From NCBI GenBank assembly GCA_046497275.1, contig JAWOFX010000172.1:1-24000 (forward strand): DNA of 24,000 bases, in the 5' to 3' direction. Position numbers and translations under genes: made by a program. A model generated the notes under the pieces. The model saw only the letters and a list, made by a program, of their open reading frames with translations, ran no database searches and was not told the DNA's origin. Below, in pieces: positions 9,190 to 16,525 of the stretch; within the stretch, counting starts at the first letter, position 1; every line of letters begins with the position of its first letter. Origin of the DNA: Promethearchaeia archaeon (GTDB lineage: Archaea > Asgardarchaeota > Lokiarchaeia > Sigyniarchaeales > SOKP01).

Positions 9190-9732
9190 TTATTTTTTAA
9201 ATAATTTTATTAATTGTACTATAGCAGCAATAATGATATATCCAAGAACCAGAATAAAAAAGATGTACTTGAAGAGTGCGAAGAATGAATGAACAATAGC
9301 AATAATGTTAGGAAATCCAAAAGGATCCGCTAGAGTAATAAGGATAAATACATTTTCGATCGCATCAAATAAAGCTGCCGCTATTCCTAATAGAGCAATA
9401 ATTAAACCTATTTGTTTTGCTTTTGATTCTTGTTCAAATATCCGAGCAATTAATAAAGACACAGAAAAAAAGATCAATCCATAACCAAGCATAAATCCAT
9501 AGTCTAGTAATTGACCAATCAGATACAAATTAATATCTGTCGCACTATAATAGAGCTTTAAAAGCTCACCACTGAAGGATAATTGACTTTGGAAAAACCC
9601 CACGGGAAAACCAGAGATCATAAAAAAATAACTCATTATAGGATAGACTATAACGAGTAAAATTATTGCGAGAATTATTGTTCTTTTTAATATTTTAGAA
9701 GACGGCCATTCTGATAATTTATTAAAATACAT
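9190..9732 (-). CDS. integral membrane protein (4-5 TM helices), unknown function
   Basis: 180 aa, almost entirely hydrophobic helices separated by short loops. No catalytic motif was seen. Confidence 0.6.
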   Translation of the reverse strand: MYFNKLSEWPSSKILKRTIILAIILLVIVYPIMSYFFMISGFPVGFFQSQLSFSGELLKLYYSATDINLYLIGQLLDYGFMLGYGLIFFSVSLLIARIFEQESKAKQIGLIIALLGIAAALFDAIENVFILITLADPFGFPNIIAIVHSFFALFKYIFFILVLGYIIIAAIVQLIKLFKK

Positions 9733-9866
9733 ATTAATCGTTTATCTCGATTAATAATTAAATATTCCTATTTGAGAAATAATAAATTCTACTAACAAAA
9801 AAAGAATATGGATATAATATACGGTTTTAGGAAAAATTTTATTCAAAATTTATCGTATTTTCTTGC

Positions 9867-10955
9867 TTAACTATTACTTTTAGCCAATAATTTATCTAAT
9901 TCAGCTGCAACCTTATCCGATTTTCCATCCTTAATCCAATATCGAATTTTTTTTGATTTTAAAAGAGTTTGTATTTTTTCATTAATTTCATTTAACTTTT
10001 GCTTATCTTCTTTTGATAATTGTGGAATTTTTTCTTCCATTTCCTGAACTTCTTTTTCCACTTCCTGTTCAATAAGTGGAATCTCGATATTTGCTTTTCC
10101 CTCAACTATCCGTTTTCTAATAATTTCCTTAAGATATTTTATCCATCCTTCGATCCAAGGAAAATAACCAGGTTTTTTTGGGTCTTCGATTCTAATATCG
10201 GTACGATTCACTATAATTAAATCATCAGGACAAGAATTCACACACGCACCGCAATAACAACAATCATCTTCATTGCACGCAATTTTTCCGTATTTCTTCA
10301 CTTCTTCTGCAGTTTGAGGGATAAAAAAAGATTCAACAGGACAAATATTTACACATGCTTTACAACCTGTTGGATCACATTTATAGAGCATGTGTTCTTT
10401 TAAGACAACTTCTCCTAATATGGGCGATTTTATTTTAAAGCATTGAGTAGGACATTCTTCTTGAATTTTGTAGTATGCTTTAACATTATTTCTCTCACGC
10501 GAATTCACACATATCTGACATATCTCGTTCGATTCATCATATTCACATTCTTCCTCATCGATTTCATAAAATTTACCAATATGTGGATATTGATCCATAT
10601 CTATTTTTCCTTGTGGCTTTATATTTTCATGGAAGGCATCATTTGGACATACTATAGCACAAAGCATACAATAACAGCATTTTTCATGATCAATCATTAT
10701 TTTTGGATTTGATTCATCCATGAGCCCTTGAGCAATTTCAGGTATAGGTCCAAGTTCAATAGCATCCACAGGACAAACTTCCTTACATAAACTACATCCT
10801 ATACATTTTTCTATATCATAAGTAAGCTTTTTATCAACATCTTTGTATTTCCACGATAAAATAAGCTTATTTGGTTCCATGTCAAGACTTTTTTTTATTT
10901 CTTCATCTTGATCTTGAGATTCGTCTTTAGAAGTTGCTTCAGAAATATAGATCAC
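9867..10955 (-). CDS. polyferredoxin-like 4Fe-4S cluster protein with charged coiled-coil C-terminus
   Basis: 362 aa. It contains repeated CxxCxxCxxxCP motifs (CIGCSLCKEVCP, CCYCMLCAIVCP, CKACVNICP, CCYCGACVNSCP) plus extra Cys pairs. The C-terminal ~90 aa are K/E-rich and heptad-like. Confidence 0.8.
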   Translation of the reverse strand: MIYISEATSKDESQDQDEEIKKSLDMEPNKLILSWKYKDVDKKLTYDIEKCIGCSLCKEVCPVDAIELGPIPEIAQGLMDESNPKIMIDHEKCCYCMLCAIVCPNDAFHENIKPQGKIDMDQYPHIGKFYEIDEEECEYDESNEICQICVNSRERNNVKAYYKIQEECPTQCFKIKSPILGEVVLKEHMLYKCDPTGCKACVNICPVESFFIPQTAEEVKKYGKIACNEDDCCYCGACVNSCPDDLIIVNRTDIRIEDPKKPGYFPWIEGWIKYLKEIIRKRIVEGKANIEIPLIEQEVEKEVQEMEEKIPQLSKEDKQKLNEINEKIQTLLKSKKIRYWIKDGKSDKVAAELDKLLAKSNS

Positions 10956-11217
10956 ATCAAATTATTTTTAATACTACTGATTAGTTAAGTGAATCATTTT
11001 TACTTATTTTTATTGTTTTATTCTCAAAATGATTTAATATTTAAAATCTCTAATTTATAAATGTTTATTGTAAAAGCAAGGCAAATGTTATTTTATATTT
11101 TATTTTGGTGTATCTAAGTATTACTATTAAGCCAAAAATCAATTAAGCAAATTTTTTAATTTTATAATCAATAGAATTCTTAGAATTGTTATTGACAAAT
11201 AATTAAAATGTTAATTT

Positions 11218-11730
11218 TTATTCGAAATAAACTAAAATATCTCCACTACATCTTTCTTGAGTGTTTAATAGACATTTTTTAATTTTTGGCTCAATTTTAT
11301 GCTTCAATCCTAATTCTTTCAGCCAACAACTTACTCGATAAATCACTCCACATTCATATTCCTCTTGTACTCCTAATTTCTTCATTCCTTCAAACGCAAA
11401 ACATTTTCCCATCTCCCAATGAATACGGTTGCTACCTGGGAATGAGTAGGTGAAATCCATAAAGTCTCCCTTCAATACACTAAAGGCATCATTGACGAAT
11501 TTCTTTAATTCTTCATAATTAGATACCCTACTATCTCTGAATTTAGATAATTTCTTAACCCTATTTATTTCAAATGAGGATAATGTTTTTATAGCTCCTT
11601 TATTAAGTTTATTTGCCTTTTTAATTCCATAATGAAGGTAACAATTTAAAAACCACGCTCCATCATGAGTCATCCAATTTTTTACTAAGAGGTTTTTCAA
11701 TTCTTCTTTATTTAAGTTATCTAAAAGCAT
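11218..11730 (-). CDS. hypothetical soluble protein
   Basis: 170-aa ORF with non-repetitive composition (WMTHDGAWFLNCYLHYG, several Cys). I do not recognise the family with confidence. Confidence 0.5.
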   Translation of the reverse strand: MLLDNLNKEELKNLLVKNWMTHDGAWFLNCYLHYGIKKANKLNKGAIKTLSSFEINRVKKLSKFRDSRVSNYEELKKFVNDAFSVLKGDFMDFTYSFPGSNRIHWEMGKCFAFEGMKKLGVQEEYECGVIYRVSCWLKELGLKHKIEPKIKKCLLNTQERCSGDILVYFE

Positions 11731-11847
11731 AATATCACGCCTAAAAACTAATATTGACTTAGACTAATATTAATATTAAGGTTTAAGAATTAAAGATTCT
11801 ATTCTTATTGTGCCTTTTGTCCAATTATTTAGTGTATTTTTAAATTA

Positions 11848-11889
11848 ATATCTAAATCATCTTGAAATAAATTAAAGGATTTATAAAAA
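11848..11889. repeat. 42-nt direct copy of an internal segment of the regulator gene
   Basis: ATATCTAAATCATCTTGAAA..TTATAAAAA matches 12160-12201 at about 37 of 42 positions, including a 20-nt perfect run. It lies just downstream of the regulator stop codon. Confidence 0.7.
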
Positions 11890-11930
11890 AAGCGATTATT
11901 GGAAAATTTACTTACAATGAAAAATTTAAT

Positions 11931-12620
11931 TTATTTAGAGATTTGAATAGAAATATCTATATATCTTTCTTTATGATCAGCTGAAATAGCGATATCCTCC
12001 ACATCGCAATTTATTTTCATGTTTAAGTTTTGTAAATAAATGCCTTCTGTGATTCCACATGCGATATCGAAAAAATAGAGAAATTTGCCCGAGGGCTCTA
12101 AAAACTCGGAATTTTTTAATCTAAAAGTAATCTTATTATTTTTTAATTCAACAATTTCTATATCTAAATCATCTTGAAAAAAATCAAATGAATTATAAAA
12201 ATGTTGAAATAACTTTAACTTTGGAATTATATCTAAGCTTTTTTTAGCTCTTTTAAATTCTTCTATATATTTATCTCCTATTGGAAATTGAAATTCTTCC
12301 GTTATTATTCTTCCAATTTCTTTAAATATCTCATTTTTGTTTGGAATTCGTTGTTTGAGACCAGCAAGTAAAGCCTTAATAAAAGAGACAAACATCTCTT
12401 TTCTAATATATTTCCTTTGTTTTCTGTAATATACACTGGCAGCAGCGATTTCTCTTTTATCAACTAATAATTCTTCCTCAAAAATACTCATATATTTCGA
12501 TATTGTATTTCTGTGGAATCCTGTTTTCTCTGAAAGCTCTGTTATAGTCAATCCAAAGGGATGATCTTCCAAAGTTTCCAATATTTCTTTTCTATAATTC
12601 AAATTTTTAGTTTTAGTCAT
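11931..12620 (-). CDS. winged-helix transcriptional regulator with C-terminal putative ligand-binding domain
   Basis: The N-terminal wHTH is ILETLEDHPFGLTITELSEKTGFHRNTISKYMSIFEEELLV. The C-terminal ~130 aa are a separate domain (tentatively V4R-like, ACGITEGIY...VEDIAISAD). The ORF track starts at TTG 12656; I prefer the ATG at 12620 (MTKTKNLNYRKE). It is divergent from the radical SAM gene. Confidence 0.7.
   Translation of the reverse strand: MTKTKNLNYRKEILETLEDHPFGLTITELSEKTGFHRNTISKYMSIFEEELLVDKREIAAASVYYRKQRKYIRKEMFVSFIKALLAGLKQRIPNKNEIFKEIGRIITEEFQFPIGDKYIEEFKRAKKSLDIIPKLKLFQHFYNSFDFFQDDLDIEIVELKNNKITFRLKNSEFLEPSGKFLYFFDIACGITEGIYLQNLNMKINCDVEDIAISADHKERYIDISIQISK
12160..12201. repeat. 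partner of the 11848-11889 repeat (inside the regulator CDS)
   Basis: See 11848-11889. On the minus strand this segment encodes FYNSFDFFQDDLDI. The downstream copy would read FYKSFNLFQDDLDI and then hits a stop. Confidence 0.7.
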
Positions 12621-12742
12621 AATATTTCCATATCCTTTTAACAGGGAAATTCCCAAATCATATTAAAATATTATTCAAATGTGATAATCTAATTAATTTA
12701 TATAATAATTCAATCAAATTAAAAGTAAAATTTATCGATTAA

Positions 12743-12756
12743 TGTGCATATGTGCA
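12743..12756. promoter_or_regulatory. inverted repeat GTGCA-N4-TGCAC in the divergent regulator/radical-SAM intergenic region (candidate operator)
   Basis: GTGCATATGTGCAC is the only GC-containing symmetric element in an otherwise A/T-only 220-bp spacer. It also reads as the tandem 8-mers ATGTGCAT/ATGTGCAC. Confidence 0.35.
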
Positions 12757-12878
12757 CAATACTTAAATATTCACTCTTCGATATAATTATGTAATATAAT
12801 TCAATTTGTGAATAAAATTTCAAGACTTTTTGATCTATTAGAAAAATTCTTTACTAATTAAATAAGAAAAGTGATAAT

Positions 12879-14726
12879 ATGATAGAAGATCGTATGTTAT
12901 TAACTACCCCAACGTATCCCTACCCAACTCTTCCAGCAAATGATTCCCTTACCGACGCTACGGGACAGAGATTCACGAAGGGGGATGATATTTTTACATT
13001 AATTTCCCATACGCATTGCTACGCAAATCACATTTTAGCGCAAAATATTGATATCCCAGCAACTTTATTAGAATATCCCAGATGGGAAGATTTTACTGAA
13101 GAAGTTGATAAAAATTATGCTACAATAGGAATCAGCGCATTTCCTGTCCATCTTCAAACAGTCATAAAAATGTGTAAATATATTAGAGAAAATTCTCCAG
13201 ATACGACTATCCTTTTAGGTTCATACGCAGCACAAGCGTTTAAGGGAAGATATGACGAAGAGACTCAGAAAAAATATGTTGATCATGTGGTAAAAGGTGA
13301 AGGAGTTAAATTTCTAAGAGAATATCTCGGGGAGGAAACTGGGCGTCCCATTGACCAAAGATTAATGCCTAAATGTGGAGGAGTTCCATGGTTTATAGAC
13401 AGATTTCCCATAGGGAATGTAGGCTTTCTTGTATCTGGGCTAGGGTGCCCAGGTGGATGTGATTTTTGCTCGACCACAGAAATGTATGGATTTAAACGGC
13501 TCCAATTACTCTCTCCAGAGGAATTCATAAAACATATTGAATTATACCAAAAACATTTTCCCAATGTAAGACAAATATTTACAATTGAAGAGGATCATTT
13601 TAGACATCCTGAATATTTGATAAAAACGAAAGATTATTGGGGGAAGAATCCGGAAGTAGTAGAATCAATGGATTGGTTAGCTTTTGGTTCAGTTGATAAT
13701 ATTTGGAAGTTTGCTGATAAATATGGCTGGGATGCAGTAGCAGAGATAGGTATTGGTGCTATATTTATCGGAGTGGAATCTAAATTTGGTGGCGAGCATG
13801 GTTATGATAAAATAAGCGAGATTGACGCGAGAGAATTATTTCATAAACTTCATTCAATGGGAATTAGAACATTAGGAGCATGGATCTGTGGATGGGATTG
13901 GCATGATCATTCAAATATGTATGAAGATCTAAATTATTTTGTGGCATGTTATCCAACTTTCGTCCAGTTAACCAGATTGAGTCCATTTCCGGGGACTGTT
14001 CTCTATGATAAATTAAAGGAAGAGGGAAGAGTGAAGAATGTCCCTTGGGAAGATGTTCATTTTTGGAGTGGAGCCCAAGAAAATATTTCTTTAGAAACAC
14101 ATGAAACTCTGAATTTAACAGAATATGGCTATGACTTGCTCTATAGAACATGGGGACCTTCAGTACTTAGAAAGCTAGATGTCACCCTTAATGGATATGA
14201 GTATTGTTTACAATCTGATAATCCAATAATGCAAGAACATAAGTCTAAATTTTTCAAACAACAAGCAGCTGTGTTATGGAATTTAATTCCCGCAATGGAT
14301 AGATTCGCTCCAAATGGAGTAGTTAGGCGAAGAGTAAGAAAAATGGACGAAAAATATAGAGATCTTATAGGAGAACCTACCGCAGTTATGGAATTTTTAG
14401 GTAAGGTTGTTGATAAACTCGCAAAAGATTTTAAAAAGAAAGATTTTCTCGATCCTTTTAACAGACATCCAAAAGAAGAACCCTTTAAGCGTTATAAATA
14501 TGAGAAAGATGATAAGTTGCGAGATGGGGCAATTCCTTATACAACTGAATTTCCAGGTCACACCCCTTTAAAAACTACACTCTCTATGGGATGGAATAGT
14601 TTCAAATTTCGTATGTTAGGAAATTATTGTAAATTTTTGAAAGGATTAAAGAAGAAAAAGAGTGACACTGAAATTGATGGTTATCTTATCGAAAGTGTGA
14701 AAAAAAGAAATTTTATTGCTTTTTAG
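12879..14726 (+). CDS. B12-binding-domain radical SAM protein (class B-like), long C-terminal extension
   Basis: 615 aa. It has an N-terminal Rossmann-like cobalamin-binding region (ATIGISAFPVHLQTVIKMCKYIRENSPDTTILLGSYAA), then the radical SAM cluster motif GCPGGCDFCS (CxxxCxxC). The substrate cannot be inferred. The gene is visibly GC-richer than its neighbours. Confidence 0.85.
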   Translation: MIEDRMLLTTPTYPYPTLPANDSLTDATGQRFTKGDDIFTLISHTHCYANHILAQNIDIPATLLEYPRWEDFTEEVDKNYATIGISAFPVHLQTVIKMCKYIRENSPDTTILLGSYAAQAFKGRYDEETQKKYVDHVVKGEGVKFLREYLGEETGRPIDQRLMPKCGGVPWFIDRFPIGNVGFLVSGLGCPGGCDFCSTTEMYGFKRLQLLSPEEFIKHIELYQKHFPNVRQIFTIEEDHFRHPEYLIKTKDYWGKNPEVVESMDWLAFGSVDNIWKFADKYGWDAVAEIGIGAIFIGVESKFGGEHGYDKISEIDARELFHKLHSMGIRTLGAWICGWDWHDHSNMYEDLNYFVACYPTFVQLTRLSPFPGTVLYDKLKEEGRVKNVPWEDVHFWSGAQENISLETHETLNLTEYGYDLLYRTWGPSVLRKLDVTLNGYEYCLQSDNPIMQEHKSKFFKQQAAVLWNLIPAMDRFAPNGVVRRRVRKMDEKYRDLIGEPTAVMEFLGKVVDKLAKDFKKKDFLDPFNRHPKEEPFKRYKYEKDDKLRDGAIPYTTEFPGHTPLKTTLSMGWNSFKFRMLGNYCKFLKGLKKKKSDTEIDGYLIESVKKRNFIAF

Positions 14727-14768
14727 CATCCTTTTTTTAATATTTTTATTTTAAGAAATTGATGAGAT

Positions 14769-15116
14769 ATGATAAATGATATTTCTAAATACTCAAATAC
14801 ACCTATTAAACATATGCCCGAGGATTATTGTCCTACTCATGAAATGTATTTCTTTGAAAATCAGAAAGGATTAAATAAGGGAAAAAGAATGTTTTATAGC
14901 GATTCAATCAAAAGTTGGGGACATGAGGGATTAAATATTGAAGTTAGGGCGATATTGGGAAGATGGGACCCATTGGCTCAAAATGAAGTGATTAAACAAT
15001 GGATTAAAAAATTACCCCATTTGAAAAATAATATAAAAATTTAGAAGAATGTGGGACATTTCGTCGAAGAAGTAAAATACACTGATATTGCAAACTTAAT
15101 ATTAAAATTAGCCTAA
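14769..15116 (+). pseudogene. internally deleted, stop-interrupted copy of the alpha/beta-hydrolase gene found intact at 22948
   Basis: The first ~48 aa (MINDISKYSNTPIKHMPEDYCPTHEMYFFENQKGLNKGKRMFYSDSIK) align with the N-terminus of the 22948 gene. The next residues (SWGHEGLNIEVRAILGRWDPLAQNEVIKQWIKKLPHLKNNIKI) align with its C-terminal region. The ~245 aa between them, including HGNP and the HDWGG nucleophile, are missing. TAG at 15042-15044 replaces a Phe codon, and homology continues after it (KNVGHFVEE vs KDIGHFIEE) to TAA at 15114-15116. Confidence 0.75.
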
Positions 15117-15153
15117 TTATTAATTAAATAATTTTTTATTTGAGTTAAAAATA

Positions 15154-15882
15154 TCATTGATTTTTATTTTGAAATATGAGGAGATCTCTTGATCCAATTA
15201 AAATGAATTTTTTATTTAGACATATTCTCCTCCATTTATCAGTATGAAAAGATGTATTTTCATAGGGAACGGAAATCCTATATTTTAATTTCAAAAAATT
15301 TGACAAAATTTTTTCACATTCAAATCCTAAATCTATTAACTCTCTATTTTGTTCCCTTTTGTTAGAAATTATTAATGCTAAAAAACCATCTCTAGTTAAG
15401 CTGGTAAGAAATTTCTTCGCAGTCAATTCTATAGCATTTAAGAATTCTCTTAAATTTAGATTAGATAGATCTGTTCTTTCATTAGTATATTTACTTTTAT
15501 TCATATTAAAATAAGGAGGATCTAAGACAATTAATTTAAATATATTTGATTTAAAAGGGTTTTTATCTTCAATTACATTAAATTTCTTTATCTTTTTATT
15601 AACTGGATTAATATCTAATCCAATAACTCTTCTTCTCATTAGGTTTCCTGCATCCACCCCAGTACCACTACCACAAAAAACATCAAGAATATAATCATTT
15701 AAATCAGTAAAAAAATAGTATAGATTGATATAGATTTGACCTGGTATCCTTCCAGGATAAGGAAACCCAAATCTGTTGTCACATTTCTTAAAATGCCAAT
15801 TCGTTGTCGTTCTAATTATTTTTGGGTTTATTAATCTTAAATCATGAGGTAGATCCGTATTTTCTTGAACTAATTTTCTCAT
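15154..15882 (-). CDS. DNA methyltransferase, DPPY type (N6-adenine or N4-cytosine), motif I before motif IV
   Basis: 242 aa. It has the SAM-binding motif I LDVFCGSGTG (aa 66-75) preceded by FPYPGRIPGQI, and the catalytic motif IV VLDPPYFN (aa 119-126). It is divergent from a small nuclease gene. Confidence 0.8.
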   Translation of the reverse strand: MRKLVQENTDLPHDLRLINPKIIRTTTNWHFKKCDNRFGFPYPGRIPGQIYINLYYFFTDLNDYILDVFCGSGTGVDAGNLMRRRVIGLDINPVNKKIKKFNVIEDKNPFKSNIFKLIVLDPPYFNMNKSKYTNERTDLSNLNLREFLNAIELTAKKFLTSLTRDGFLALIISNKREQNRELIDLGFECEKILSNFLKLKYRISVPYENTSFHTDKWRRICLNKKFILIGSRDLLIFQNKNQ

Positions 15883-15912
15883 TAATCATGTTTTTTTTAT
15901 ATATAAGTATAA

Positions 15913-15980
15913 AAAACCGTAAAAATTATTTTTAATAGTTATTTTATTAGATCTCTATAAGCGTTTAAAACGGTAAAAAT
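15913..15980. promoter_or_regulatory. pair of near-identical 14-mers in the divergent methyltransferase/nuclease spacer
   Basis: AAAACCGTAAAAAT (15913-15926) and AAAACGGTAAAAAT (15967-15980) match at 13 of 14 positions. They are the only C/G-containing islands in the 143-bp spacer. One lies upstream of each divergent start codon. Confidence 0.3.
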
Positions 15981-16025
15981 CTAATTCATAAATAATATAT
16001 TTTGAACTAATTTAAATCAGAAAAA

Positions 16026-16520
16026 ATGAAAGAAAAAGATTATTATCCGATAATTAAGGTTTGGTTAAGAAATTTATTAGAAAGCTATTTTCCTAATAAG
16101 AATATCCATGTTTTTGACAGCTCGAATATTTATTTAGATAAACTTATTCAGGAAAATAATTGGACGAACTATCGTTCTGATTATGCAACTTATCAAATTA
16201 AAATTGATATTTTGGGAGTAATAATTGATGATGGAAAAATGGATTTTGTTTTCATTGAAGTGAAGAATACTAAAATTAGCTTAAAGGATGTTTCTCAATT
16301 ATTAGGTTATAGTAGAGTTGCGAATCCAATCTATTCAATAATAACCTCACCAAAATGGATTAGTAAACCAATAAGAATTTTATTTGATACTTATAGAAGA
16401 TTTGATATATTAAAATATGATCATAATAGAACCATAAAAGTATGTAAATGGGATAAAAACAAGAATGATATTGATTATAATTTAATATATCCAGGTAAAC
16501 CATTGTTTAATTCTTCTTAA
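16026..16520 (+). CDS. small PD-(D/E)xK nuclease (NucS/DUF91-like core), candidate restriction endonuclease
   Basis: 164 aa. The core is IKIDILGVIIDDGKMDFVFIEVKNTKISLKDVSQLLGY. This gives D61 ... E78-x-K80 followed by a QxxxY helix, the pattern of NucS-type PD-(D/E)xK domains. It is divergently paired with the DPPY methyltransferase. Confidence 0.6.
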   Translation: MKEKDYYPIIKVWLRNLLESYFPNKNIHVFDSSNIYLDKLIQENNWTNYRSDYATYQIKIDILGVIIDDGKMDFVFIEVKNTKISLKDVSQLLGYSRVANPIYSIITSPKWISKPIRILFDTYRRFDILKYDHNRTIKVCKWDKNKNDIDYNLIYPGKPLFNSS

Positions 16521-16525
16521 AATTT

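Noticed and set aside
10020-10712. Two plus-strand ORFs (66 and 89 aa) inside the polyferredoxin gene
   Set aside because: Both are antisense to the Cys-motif-rich CDS. Their translations are F/I/L-rich low-complexity strings.
12621-12656. TTG start at 12656 for the wHTH regulator
   Set aside because: The added 12 residues (MGISLLKGYGNI) precede an ATG that gives a normal-length lead-in to the wHTH. I kept it as an alternative only.
13283-14151. Two minus-strand ORFs (93 and 95 aa) inside the radical SAM gene
   Set aside because: Both are antisense to a CDS with a clear CxxxCxxC and B12-domain signature. They probably persist only because the region is GC-richer and has fewer stop codons.
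14755-14830. Possible archaeal C/D-box sRNA (TGATGA at about 14760)
   Set aside because: No D box (CTGA) or C'/D' boxes occur at appropriate spacing downstream. The TGATGA overlaps the start region of the hydrolase remnant.
15042-15044. In-frame TAG in the hydrolase remnant as a pyrrolysine or read-through codon
   Set aside because: The copy has already lost its entire catalytic core by deletion. No pyl genes or recoding signals are visible in the window. Simple pseudogenisation explains the stop.
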